DNA of 60,496 nt from the NCBI GenBank assembly GCA_030141605.1, contig JAQGDQ010001131.1:1-60496 (forward strand), given 5' to 3'. This DNA is from Tubiluchus corallicola (Eukaryota; Animalia; Priapulida). This document shows, piece by piece, positions 41,345-54,094 of this stretch (positions within the stretch are counted from its first letter, which is position 1; each line of letters opens with the position of its first letter). The notes beneath the pieces are model-generated. The model saw only the letters and a list, made by a program, of their open reading frames with translations. It made no database searches and was not told the DNA's origin. The position numbers were made by a program, and so were the translations under genes.

Positions 41345-42675
41345 GGATATAAAAATGTAACTTCAATAGAAGAACGAACCTCACGACATTGACTGGTATA
41401 TGGTCAATTCGGTTTTTCCAGAAGCTCGCATTTATAGTGAAATGAAAATTTGATAAACTGTTTGTGATGTATTAATCCTTTACACGCTTTTATGGAGGAA
41501 ATTGGCTGAGCAAATTAATTTTCGACTAACTTTTAAGTATGCGACGGACCTAGTCGACAAACTGGCTATTTAAAATTAACAACTCTATCGCTGTATCGTA
41601 GTTGCTAATTTGTTAGTAACTTTGATTTAATTTTATTGTTTAATTTTATTGCACCAGCGCCATCGCGCGTTGCCGTGTGATAATTTTATGTAATTTTCCT
41701 ATAGCTTTGCGTGACATTAGTTGTTTTGGTTCAAACGTTTTAGTTTGATACTTTAGGTTTGCTTTCTTAGACTATTCCTAAAAATCATTACGTTTTTAAC
41801 ACCAAAAGACATTTATTTTCATGCAAATAATTCATAAAATTAATTACGTTTTTTAGCATCTTATGCGCAGGACAACCTACACAGAACAGGCCTGCGCACC
41901 ATAGTTAATTCGAATAGATGAATGTTTTTAAATGACACGCGCACCATAGTTTTTAAATGACACGCATGCGCAGTGTGATATTGCTAGCCTGCTTCTAGTC
42001 TGGTCTGTTAGCCGAAAAATGGGGAACGACTGAATACATGGTTACTGGACGAACAGGCACTTGCATTTGGGCTTTCATTTGGCAGTATGATTGGTGACTT
42101 TGGGCAACACGAAGTGACCAAATTACGTCATCACTACCCCTCTATCCATTTCACAAAATCAATAGTTTGGTCTGTAACCCCCACAAGAGAAGTAACTGGA
42201 TACAGCAGCCAAACTTTCAGTAATGATTTCTTGGAACCATTCTAACAGCGTTTTGAAAATTTTTGCATTTTGGTCGGCTATCCCGGGGCATTAAAAGGTC
42301 AAGAAATGGTGCCGCTTTTGCAGGCGTAAAACTTCTAAACATTCATAGATAGATACATTGACACATAGACACATTATTATTATATAGGGATTTGTATGTT
42401 ATCTTTCATTGGATGGTATAATTATTGGAACACACAAAATGGTCAAATTACGTCATCAGTACCCATCTATCCATTTCACAAAAATCAATAGTTTGGTCTG
42501 TTAGCCGAAAAAAGAGAACTGACTGGATATTGGAAACTATGTCGTTCAAACGCTGTATTTTATCCAATCCAAGACATTATTGCCTACCATGGAATTAGTG
42601 GTGGAACCACTGTTGCCTAACTTTTTGCCCGAGACTCGTTCTTGCGTTTATCTCCTTTGGTTTATCCCGACTTAC

Positions 42676-42876
42676 CGAGCTGAGTGACCGAGTGGTCTAG
42701 ATTTCGGACTGCAATCACGCGGTCTTCAGTTCGAAACTAGCGGCTGGCAAAGCTAGGACACATACAATGCATATTATTCGTTATTTGTATGTTGCGTCTT
42801 TACCTGTATTGTTGTAAGTGTAAATCATAGCCATTAGTGTTAACGTTGTCTGTTAAATGAGCGACGATAAATAAAT
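42676..42876 (+). mobile_element. tRNA-derived SINE
   Basis: A box TGACCGAGTGG, B box AGTTCGAAAC, A-rich ATAAATAAAT end. Confidence 0.5.
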
Positions 42877-43303
42877 CTTGTCCTTATGCGCATGCGTGAC
42901 ATTTAAATCTATATTTAAGTCTTAATTTTTTTTTCAAAAAATAATTCTAAATTGTATTTTCCTGGTTGACAAATTTCAGATATACGCAAGTGGCCGGTTT
43001 TTTATTGTTGGCGAGACAAAGTCTATGCTAATTTGCTCTACGTTATTTTGCCAAGTGTGTGCTTATCTCGAAGTTAAGCAATGTCAGGCTGGTCAGTGAA
43101 TGGATGTTTGGATGTTGGTCAATATTTTGGGCAAAATGTTTTAAACTAATTGTGACTAAGACACCTCTCTGTGTCATTTCAGCATTTCATCTTAGATGAT
43201 TAGCCTTTACAATGAGCTATGTTCTGGTCCTCCCACACACCACATTTAGTAAGACATGTCAATGTAAAAACATCTTTTATTTACAAAATTAATTTCATTT
43301 CAG

Positions 43304-44160
43304 CAATGACAAGCCAAGCATTGATTAACGCAACCGTTACGATGTCGTCGGAGAGCAGCATCGCAGCAGGTCAAATGTTGATAACTCAACCCGAGTTTGT
43401 TTCTCATCATCATCCGCCGAAACTCAGCCACACTAGTCCGTCTCTCGTAGAAAAAACGTCGACCACCATGACAATGGGGAATAACGATGCTAACCTGTCT
43501 GCGGCGTCCCACGCGGGGTCGGTCAGCCCCGCTGCTAGATCGGTGACCAGCGAGTGCAGCTTAGTGGAGTCGGTGGGGTCAGAAAACTGTCTAGATGACC
43601 CGGACGAAACAGAAGAACTGACACTTGAGAAGGGAGGGAGCGAAAGTGCGCAGTCCGGTGAAACACCAAAGAAGAGAAAGAGGCGCGTTCTATTTTCAAA
43701 AGCGCAAACCTATGAGCTCGAAAGGCGATTTCGACAGCAGCGCTACCTATCTGCCCCCGAGAGGGAGCACCTTGCCAGTATTATCCGCCTTACGCCCACG
43801 CAAGTGAAAATCTGGTTTCAAAACCATCGATACAAGTGCAAAAAAGCACGGGCGGAGAAGGGAGGGTTGGAGATGAACCCGCTGCCGTCACCTCGTCGAG
43901 TCGCCGTGCCCGTGCTGGTCCGCGACGGCAAGCCTTGCCACAATGGCGTCTTGTCGAAGCAGCAACCGGCGCAACATGAACTGCCAATGTCTTTCCAACC
44001 GCCACTTTCGTCTCAGTGCATGAACAGTATGGCTGCCATTGGCACCATGAACACGTTCAATAGCATGAACAGTATGGGCTCGATGGACAGCATGAACGTT
44101 ATGCCAAATTACACGCATCCTCTCATGCACCCTCAACCAAGATGGTGGTCTTGTTCCTAA
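43304..44160 (+). CDS. Nkx2-2: NK2.2/vnd terminal exon: homeodomain (43672-43851), NK2-SD, C-terminal WW
   Basis: [60 protein letters not shown] (Tyr54 of NK2 class; KAQTYE/RQQR diagnostic of NK2.2), NK2-[20 protein letters not shown]; acceptor TTTCAG|CA completes Ala with G30165. Confidence 0.97.
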
Positions 44161-44649
44161 CGTGACACAAAACTCTGCGAGAATTTTTGGACAGAATAAC
44201 TGGCCGCCATTTTGTTTCTTGTTGTATCAAGATGGCGGTTGTGTTGACGCATTATTTCATGTGTCACCATCAATAAAACGCTCTCATAACTTTTCTGTTG
44301 TATCAGGACTGTGGTCATGTGATACATGTGTTTTTTGGTTAGCCAAAACAAAATGTCTGTCAGCGTGTTTGCTGCTATATCAAGATGGCGGTCGTGTCCT
44401 TAATGTGACATAAACTCTGAAATAATTCTGGACAGTCAATAGACGTTATAAACATGGCCACGACTGTATCAAGATGGCGGGCGTGTTTTCTTTGAACAAG
44501 TACTTAAACCATTTTCACCAATAATATGGCTGGCACATTCTACTGTACTAGGCCTGTTACTTAAGATGAGACCATTCCAAACTTTTAATACATGAAAAAA
44601 GCCATTGGCTTTTTATTGGGTCGTATAATTAGGCCTCCTCATAAAACTC

Positions 44650-45305
44650 AATAAGCCTTTTCACAGTTTCAGTGATTGATGATCCTCAAAAGGTCAAAGG
44701 TTACGTGTACCAGAGAAGGCATTTGTTAACGCCTCGCAGCCCATGCTATTGTAATAATAATAGTTTTAATAGCTAGCTAGAACCTTACTTAGTTAATTTT
44801 TTCTTGTTCCCAAGCAAGATCCACACACAGACTAATGCATAGTTAAGTGAAATCCACGTAAAAAATTGAAGCTATTGAACTGATGTTTTGCGTTACCCAC
44901 ATGTCACGATTGTAGTTAAGACGCGTTGCTGTGGTACACTCAACCTTTGACCTTCAGCAAATGCGCGTGCGCACAACGAAACTTGTCTTAGCTACAACCG
45001 TCACGTGACATGTAGGTAAATCAAAGCCCGGTTGCGTAACTTCAGTTGTTTTACATTGACTTTACTTAATTATACATTAGTCTGTGCGCAAAGTGATTTA
45101 CTTGGATCTTATCCAAACAGGATCTTACATGGGAACAAGAAAAAATGAACTAGGTAAAGTTCTAGCTAGCTGTTGAAACTGTTCCTATTACAACAGCAGC
45201 GGGTGTGAGGTATTGTCAAGTGTACACAAATGTGTTGTCTGGTACACTCAACCTTTGACCTTTTCACGATCATCATCAATCGCTGGAACTGTGAAAAGGC
45301 TTATT
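44650..45305. mobile_element. Two head-to-head MITE-B copies forming a 655-bp inverted repeat
   Basis: 44650 to about 44985 is a reverse copy and about 44990-45305 a forward partial copy; both outer ends are the same AATAAGCCTTTTCACAGTT terminus. Confidence 0.85.
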
Positions 45306-45620
45306 AACACAAATATGAAATACCACACAAGTAATTTAAGGGATAATTCTCTTTACTTCTTCGCTGATCTCGTGTAAAAATGTCCGTGCTAGCTTAGCAA
45401 TCGTTATTGTCTACATCGTAATTGTCTATCTTATATTTGTCAACGCATCACCATTAGGTATTCACACTTACACGACATGTATTCATGAATATTGCGTAAG
45501 CAATTCTACCTAGTCAATGTACGTCTCACAGTTATTTTCTTAAAAATAATTATTTTTGTCGTGCTAAATTAATTTATTAATTTTCTTGCGTAGGCAATGA
45601 AATATGATTATTTACATTAA

Positions 45621-46168
45621 AGGAAAACCGAATGATTGATTAGCCCCAATACCATTTTAATTTAAAATACAAACTATACATTTTCTTGCCTATAAACGTT
45701 AACATTTGTTTCTAATAAGTGAATAATTAGCTTAGAAAGTTAATTAACGGCAACCGAATACAGCTATCACTTACATCACAAACTAACCACAGTTTATGCA
45801 ATGGTAGGAATCTTCTTGGCGCGGCAAGCACGTTTGCGTAAGCGATTTTTGCTATTAGATGCTGATGTGATGTCACGAAAATAAGTTTTACGTCACACTG
45901 ACGTCACACACAAACACTGCTGTTCATCATCATGCTTATCACAGTACCGCGCCTATTTGTCGACCACGCGAATGTGACAATAAGACGCCATTGCCGGTCT
46001 TAGTGGATGCGCTGAGCCACGTGCGGCTTTGAAAGTTTGACAAAATTTAACTATATGAGGTAATTATTGTTTAATTTAAGCTTTGATTTAAAAAAGCTGT
46101 TGTAATTTTCAATATTTTACAGCATACTTTATTTTGATCTAATGTCTACACAATCATCCGGTTTTCCT
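45621..46168. mobile_element. Kolobok-like MITE, 548 bp, 18-bp TIR
   Basis: TTAA-AGGAAAACCGAATGATTG ... CAATCATCCGGTTTTCCT-ATAA (17/18 TIR match). Confidence 0.75.
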
Positions 46169-46387
46169 ATAAATTTTCTTAATCTTAAGTACTTGCTGGC
46201 ACTTTTTGCGAATTTTGTGAAGGCCTAATACGTTAATCCGAAACCAAAAAACAGCCAAAATTAACGTCATTCTTGGTTGGGCTTAATCTCACCGAGGCCT
46301 TAAGGCCTTATTTAGTTGTATTGTTTATGATATTATTTGTTTTGTGTATTATATAAGTTATCTCATGACTACATGGTGTATACCATT

Positions 46388-46393
46388 AATAAA
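46388..46393 (+). terminator. Candidate distal poly(A) signal of NK2.2 (a proximal alternative lies at 44272)
   Basis: AATAAA with a U-rich upstream tract and a GT/T-rich downstream element. Confidence 0.45.
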
Positions 46394-46679
46394 ACCATAT
46401 CTAAAAGAAAACGTATCGTAGTCTGATTGTTTTCCTACTTTTTAGTAGTTCTTATTTGATGTAGATTTGCTTAATTATTTATCGTTATTTAGATTTAAAT
46501 CAATACATAAAATACTATGGAATTGTTACTATGTATGTATAAATAAGATATATAAATATAGAAAACATTAATTTAGCACTAAATAGGTAGGACACGGAGC
46601 AAGGTCCTTAACAATCAAAGTTAAGCAACACTAAAGGAGTTTGGCCGAAATTAACAGTGCACTGCTTTTCTTCAGCTAA

Positions 46680-46860
46680 TGAATGACGTCATTGGTGGAA
46701 GAATGGGCGTTCAAAATGGAGCGCGAAATAATCGCGACTTTAAAGTGATTTTACTAATTACACGAGGCACTTATTACACTTTTATTAGTAAACATTTCTA
46801 AAAATTTTCGCAAACATTAAAATAAACCTAATTTCCCAGAAGGCTTGACTTTCCCTTTAA
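46680..46860 (-). mobile_element. Kolobok-like family C fragment
   Basis: Reverse complement of 18190-18378; ends GACTTTCCCT-TTAA. Confidence 0.7.
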
Positions 46861-47029
46861 AATACATTTAAATTAAAGGTTTACTAGTTTATTATAGTAA
46901 TACCAAAATTTTCTACTGCTATTGTTGTACCATTTGTCATGAAGTTACCTGCCTTATGGCACATTTTTGCTATTTGACGCTAATTTAAATGTGAAATGTC
47001 AAAATGTTAAGATTGCAATAAACGTCTAT

Positions 47030-47455
47030 GACTAAGACTGCGCTAGAGAGGTCAAGCTTCCACTGGGATGAGAGGTCAAAGGTCAAAATGACGCTAAATT
47101 TATAAACTCACTGTCAAGGCTACACCAGAAAGCGTCAGTTGTCAAACATTCACTAATGTGAGAGGTCAAAGGTCAAATTACAGTAAATTGATACATTTCC
47201 AGTGTCAAGAGCGCTGTAAAGTGAAGAGGATACATATCAAGACTGCACTAAACTGAAAAGTCAAAGGTCAACATTTCACTGTAGTGAGAGGTCAAAACCA
47301 AAATTACGCTAAATTTTTTGAACTTGCGCTAAACTGAAAAGTCAGTTGTAAAGCTTTCAATGAAGTGAGAGGTCAAAGGTCAATATTACACTAACTTGAT
47401 ATGGCCAGTGTCAAGATTGGTCTAAAGTGAAATGACACACATCAAGATTGCACTA
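47030..47455. repeat. Degenerate tandem repeat carrying AGGTCA-A-AGGTCA (DR1) motifs
   Basis: GAGAGGTCAAAGGTCAA and TCAAGACTGCACTAA recur at irregular 90-210 bp spacing. Confidence 0.75.
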
Positions 47456-47723
47456 ACAACAAAATTGCAAAAAGCTAACAAAACCATGGCACACAGACGC
47501 CTATTTAAGCACCTTTTCCACAGTCGAGGACGCTGACATAAGCTAAACGCTGACAAGCGATTGAATTGATAACAACAGCAAAAGCAGCTCTCTGTTGTCT
47601 AAGTTCATAAATGTTGCATCAACGCTCCATTTACGTTATTTACACGTTGAACAAGGTAAACCAGTAAAATACAGGAATCATTAGCAGCTTATATCAACAC
47701 GAGAGACATGGGAAACTAGACAC

Positions 47724-49810
47724 CACTTAACGAGGCGAGAGGCGAGAGGTGTGTGAGAAAAATATAATCAGAAGAGCAGCCACTACTTAACCAGACGAGA
47801 GGCGAGAGGTGGAGTGAGAAAAATATAATCAGAAGAGCAGCCACTACTTAACCAGACGAGAGGCGAGAGGTGGTGTGTGAAAAATATAATCAGAAGAGCA
47901 GCCACTACTTAACCAGACGAGAGGCGAGAGGTGGAGTGAGAAAAATATAATCAGAAGAGCAGCCACTACTTAACCAGACGAGAGGCGAGAGGTGGAGTGA
48001 GACAAATATAATCAGAAGAGCAGCCACTACTTAACCAGACGAGAGGCAAGAGGTGGAGTGAGAAAAATATAATCAGAAGAGCAGTCACTACTTAATCAGA
48101 CGAGAGGCAAGAGGTGGAGTGAGAAAAATATAATCAGAAGAGCAGCCACTACTTAATCAGACGAGAGGCGAGAGGTGGAGTGAGAAAAATATAATCAGAA
48201 GAGCAGCCACTACTTAACCAGACGAGAGGCGAGAGGTGGAGTGAGAAAAATATAATCAGAAGAGCAGCCACTACTTAACCAGACGAGAGGCGAGAGGTGG
48301 AGTGAGAAAAATATAATCAGAAGAGCAGCCACTACTTAACCACATGAGAGGCAAGAGGTGGTGTGAGAAAAATATAATCAGAGGAGCACCCACTACTTAA
48401 CCAGACGAGAGGCGAGAGGTGGTGTGTGAAAAAATATAATCAGAAGAGCAGCCACTACTTAACCAGACGAGAGGCGAGAGGTGGAGTGAGAAAAATATAG
48501 TCAGAAGAGCAGCAACTACTTAACCACATGAGAGGCAAGAGGTGGTGCGAGAAAAATATAGTCAGAAGAGCAGCCACTACTTAACCACATGAGAGGCAAG
48601 AGGTGGTGCGAGAAAAATATAATCAGAAGAGCCGCCACTTAACCAGACGAGAGGCGAGAGGTGGTGTGTGAAAAATATAATCAAGAGCACCCACTTAACC
48701 AAGAGAGGCAGAGGTGGGTGGAAAAACAGGAGCAGCTGGTTATCAGAGGCACCACTACTTAACCAGACGAGAGGCGAGAGGTGGAGTGAGAAAAATATAA
48801 TCAGAAGAGCAGCACTACTTAACCAAGAGAGGCGAGGTGGTGGAGAAAAATATATGGGTGGGGGGGGTGGGTAGAGAGCACCACTACTAACCAGACGAGA
48901 GGCGAGAGGTGGGTGAGAAAAATATAATCAGAGGCGCTACTTAACAAGAGAGGCAGAGGTGGGGAGAAAAATATATCAGAAGAGCAGCCCACTTAACCAG
49001 AGGGCAGAGGTGGGGGAAAAATATAATAGAGGCACCACTACTTAACCAGACGAGAGGCGAGAGGTGGAGTGAGAAAAATATAATCAGAAGAGCAGCCACT
49101 ACTTAACCAATGAGAGGCAAGAGGTGGTGGAAAAATATGGTTATCAGAGAGCAGCCACTACTTAACCAGACGAGAGGCGAGAGGTGGAGTGAGAAAAATA
49201 TAATCAGAAGAGCAGCACTACTTAACCAAGAGAGGCAGAGGTGGTGGAGAAAAATATATTATCAGAGGAGCACCACTACTTAACCAGACGAGAGGCGAGA
49301 GGTGGAGTGAGAAAAATATAATCAGAAGAGCAGCAACTACTTAACCACATGAGAGGCAAGAGGTGGTGCGAGAAAAATATAGTCAGAAGAGCAGCCACTA
49401 CTTAACCACATGAGAGGCAAGAGGTGGTGCGAGAAAAATATAATCAGAAGAGCCGCCACTTAACCAGACGAGAGGCGAGAGGTGGTGTGTGAAAAATATA
49501 ATCACAGGAGCAGCCGCCACTTAACCACATGAGAGGCAAGAGGTGGTGTGAGAAAAATATAATCAGAGGGGCAGCCACTACTTAACCAGACGAGAGGCGA
49601 GAGGTGATGTGAGAAAAATATAATCAGAAGAGCAGCCACTACTTAACCAGACGAGAGGCGCGAGGTGGAGTGAGAAAAATATAATAAGAAGAGCAGCCAT
49701 TACTAACCAGACGAGAGGCGAGAGGTGGTGCGAGAAAAATATAATAAGAAGAGCAGCCATTACTAACCAGACGAGAGGCGAGAGGTGGTGTGTGAAAAAT
49801 ATAATCAGAA
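47724..49810. repeat. Minisatellite, 61-bp unit, about 34 copies
   Basis: Unit AACCAGACGAGAGGCGAGAGGTGGAGTGAGAAAAATATAATCAGAAGAGCAGCCACTACTT; centre (about 48680-49260) is deletion-riddled. Confidence 0.97.
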
Positions 49811-50619
49811 AGGGAATCTTTATTAAGAGGATTCTTGGCTTCAGTTAATTTTTTTGAAATTTTATTTGATCAACTTTTGCACTCATAGTACAGTGTTGAC
49901 CTGCGTCCTTTTATTTTAATGTCGCATGAATATAGCACTGAGTTTTGCAATTGTGATTATGAATTCATTAATGAATTAATGATTTTAGAATTCTGTTAGC
50001 CCAATGTGTACAACTGACGTAACGGGCATGTGATGACGATGATGATGCAGAATAGAATAAGCCTTTTCACAGTTTTTTTTACCAAGGGTAGTTATGCTCG
50101 AATACTGATTTAGAATGGATACAGTACGAAATAGGCTGATTGCACAATTGTTAATCTTTCTATACAAAGTTTTCTGCTAGGCTATTAATATTATTATAAT
50201 TCTTTATTTTTAAAAACTATGTATAGAATACATTCCCTCTATTTGTAGGGATATGTTTAAAATTTGTAAAGGCGTTTACAACGTATTAAACCTATTCACA
50301 CGCACACGCACACGCACACGCACACACACACACACACGCACATATATAATTTAGAATCCAACGCATGAGGCAGATTGAACGACAACGATCATATACAGTA
50401 GACATAGTTACAAATTATAATCCAACACTACATACATACACAATAAAAATAACGAACATATTTTAATACTTAGTAACAAAAATTTACACACATTATACAC
50501 AATGAAAAACAGCGAGTACAATTATAATAAACATAATTAGCAATTCTAATGCAGATTCACAATTAACCTTTAGCTAGGTTAATAAAAGGTTTAATTTCAG
50601 CAATGCGTCATGCTAACAT

Positions 50620-51010
50620 GAGGATTCTTCGGAAGCGACAAGACACGACGTAAAGTTTTTCTAAATTCAACATTAAAATATTAACACATTGAATTAACAA
50701 TAATTGTGAAATCACTACGACACTGTAATGCATCATTAATTGCATTTAAATCATAAGATACTTTATAACCTAAATGACACACCTCATTATACGATTTAAA
50801 CGCTATTCCACTAATTTCAATTTTGTGCACCTGTCCAGATTCACTTCGACGGGATAGAATACACTTTGAATTTTGTACTCTGAAAAGTATATAACTGTTT
50901 GTGGCGTATTGGGCACATACGTTAAGCATTGTTTTCGAAGCAATAAGTGCATCGTCGTCGGCGTAACCCAGCAGTAAATACGTTTATTAAAGCACATCCA
51001 ACTTTGGCTT
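50620..51010 (-). mobile_element. LINE reverse-transcriptase fragment (CR1/L2 group)
   Basis: LLGYADDDALIA (YADD at 50954-50965) in frame with MLNVCAQYA...SKCI...HLG...; internally deleted and terminated. Confidence 0.8.
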
Positions 51011-51203
51011 CTTTTAGAGAGAGATTATAAGATCATTAACATAGATTGCAAATAATACACCTGAGAGAATGCTGATTTTTTTTCTACCATTGGTGACAGA
51101 AAAGATTAATACTTTTGTTTTGGACTGGTTATACATAATTATAATATGTTCATATATATATAATGCTATATATATATAAATATAATATATAATATATAAT
51201 ATA

Positions 51204-51509
51204 CCTATATGTAATATAATGCTGATATATGATATGTAATATATATAAATATATGATAAAATACATGAAAATACATTTATATAATAAAAAAATACATGAA
51301 AATAATATTTTTATATATTTTATCATAGTTGTAAATGTGTATATAACTTATGCAATAAAGATTATATATATATTTATATAAAATCTTTATTGCTCAAGCT
51401 ATACACATTTACAGGTATGAAAAAATATATAAAAATATTATATGTATTTTATTTTATCATATATTTATATATATTACATATCATATATCAGCATTATATT
51501 ATATATAGG
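51204..51509. repeat. AT-rich palindrome, about 300 bp
   Basis: TAATATAATGCTGATATATGATATGTAATATATATAAATATATGATAAAATA mirrored by TATTTTATCATATATTTATATATATTACATATCATATATCAGCATTATATTA; inner GCAATAAAGATT/AATCTTTATTGC. Confidence 0.85.
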
Positions 51510-51547
<38 letters not shown>

Positions 51548-52661
51548 ATATGTTCATGCATTTTATTCATTCCTGTAAATATATATATTATATATATAAA
51601 ATCTTTATTGCATAAGTTATACGCAATATATATATATATATAATATTTTCATGTATTTTATGATAATTTCATATAATACATATAATTCATATTACTTATA
51701 TATATATATTTCATATAATTCGTATATATATATATATATTTATATATGTTATATCCCATCGGATATATATGGATATATATATTTGGTCCCATTCAGAAGC
51801 TCAGTTTTGCTGTCAATGCGTTGTTGAAAGGCAGGACACATTAAGATGATGGCATTGTGTTTACTCAGTTGTGCCGCTTAAATGCTATACTAACGTTACG
51901 CAACGTGTCCACTTATTTCCACCACCGATTATTGGCACTAAAAGCATGAGATGTTTATTATGCGTCATTTACCTGGCTTCTTCTACGTTAACAACACCTT
52001 GCAGAGTGGTTCTACAACGCCCACAACCCCCGGACTGGTTTCATCTCATCCGTGCTGCAAAAAACTCCCAGCAGTCAAAAACTTGTAAAGTTGTGCTGGG
52101 ACGTTTATGACTGGGCAGTATTTTGGCATAGAACAATTCCAAAGCACAACCGAACAAGTTTACAATTGCGTGACAGGTGTGTTTTACAGGTAAATCTGGA
52201 CACGCCCTGCTATCATTTACACGTTACGGGTAATACAGGTGGATGAGGAGAAGCAAGATCGATGGGAGAGGGAATTTAGAGTAAATGGTTGTATAATCTC
52301 TCTTCCTCTTTTTCTCTTTCAACCACCTACTGCTTGCTTAATGTTATGGTAACCACAAAGAGACAAAAGCATAATAACAGATTTAACTTGATGGTTTGTG
52401 CCTGATAAAGCTGATCGTTATAAGCTGAGAATATGTTTCAGACATATAGATTTGTCAAAGTGGCACAACGGATCAGGTAGTAGACATTTTTGCAATACTC
52501 CAGGGATTGCAGACTAGAGTGAACGGTGCCTATGGTTTGTTTGTTTAATTTATCTAAAGATCTTAAACTGTGTGCGTTCTCATATCTCATATCCACATGG
52601 AATTTAGAAATTTCTTTCCTGTCCTAAGACGAAGAAATAAAAACAAGAATAGATAGAAAAA

Positions 52662-52662
<1 letters not shown>

Positions 52663-52694
<32 letters not shown>

Positions 52695-52723
52695 TTTGTT
52701 GTTATTGTTGCTGTTGTTGTTGT

Positions 52724-52801
<78 letters not shown>

Positions 52802-52916
52802 CGCTGTTGTTGTTGTTGTTGTTATTGGTGTTGCTTTCGTTATTATTATTATTATTGTTGTTGTTGTTGTTGTTATTGGTGTTGCTTTCGTTATTATTAT
52901 TATTATTATTATTATT

Positions 52917-52966
<50 letters not shown>

Positions 52967-53008
52967 CGATGTTGTTGTTGTTGTTGTTGTCGCTGTCGAT
53001 GTTGTCGC

Positions 53009-53047
<39 letters not shown>

Positions 53048-53130
53048 CGCTGTCGATGTTGTCGCTGTTGTTGTTGTTGTCGCTGTTGTTGTTGTTGTTG
53101 TCGTCGTCGTCGTCGTAGTCGTCGTCGTCG

Positions 53131-53214
<84 letters not shown>
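52663..53214. repeat. Compound triplet microsatellite (CTG, TTG, TCG, TCA, TTA)
   Basis: Directly visible. Confidence 0.97.
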
Positions 53215-53215
<1 letters not shown>

Positions 53216-54094
53216 GTAAAATAATTTTTTGTAGATTGACTAATATCACTGAGAGACAAAAGAAAGGTATTTAGATAGAGATAAATAAATTAACCTTTAA
53301 AAAACTAAGATCGATTCGACGAGAAAAAGATTAAAAGTGAAACAGGACTTGCTTATCTATCAATGCATCTATGTAATTTATGTAACTTGCAACTTTTTCA
53401 TATAATTCAGAAAACCACTTGAAGATGCACATTTATAAGGTGCAGTAGAATGGATATAAAATTCTTGTGGTGTGTTAGGACACGTTTGAAATACTGAAAG
53501 TTTTACACTTGTACTAATTACTTTGTTAAACTTAATTAGGTAGATCGTTGGCAGCTATCAGTCGCTTGGTCAGGTACGTAGTCAGTCAGTTGATAAAGGA
53601 GTATTACTGTGTGAGTGGTACATGAATTCAGTTTGGAACATTAATAAATTTAATAAATAAAATTTAAATTAATAAACAAATAAATACGTAAATAAATAAA
53701 TAAATAAATAAATGACGGAATAAATAATGAAATAGATAAATAAGATAAATTCAGGTGCTGTACCTGTCTATTCAGAGGTGTTAATTTGTGACGTAGTGTA
53801 CACGTTCAAGAATTCATGCGTGAAGTGTGAAAGTTGAATTTTAAACTTAAAATTTGTAGAGTTTTCTGAATTTGACATTAAATGTTGAACAGTAGAACTG
53901 TACTTCAATTTTTACTTTCCCAAACACGTGCAACACGCTCGTTGAATCTTTTTGTTGTCGAAAATTGTTCATTTGTGATGTCATCACCAATTAGGTTCAC
54001 CGTAACTTAACCGTTAATTAAGTTATTAGCCTATTGTTTAATTATCAGAAACACTTGGGCATTACTATAGGTTTTAAACTGTGTATACACTCTA

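Noticed and set aside
43219-43303. N-terminal extension of the 313-aa ORF as the true start
   Set aside because: Intronic read-through; a strong acceptor at 43303 joins in phase to the conserved TN exon.
48680-49260. Apparent fast-evolving core of the 61-bp array
   Set aside because: Scattered short deletions between clean flanking units look like long-read consensus error; raw reads are needed.
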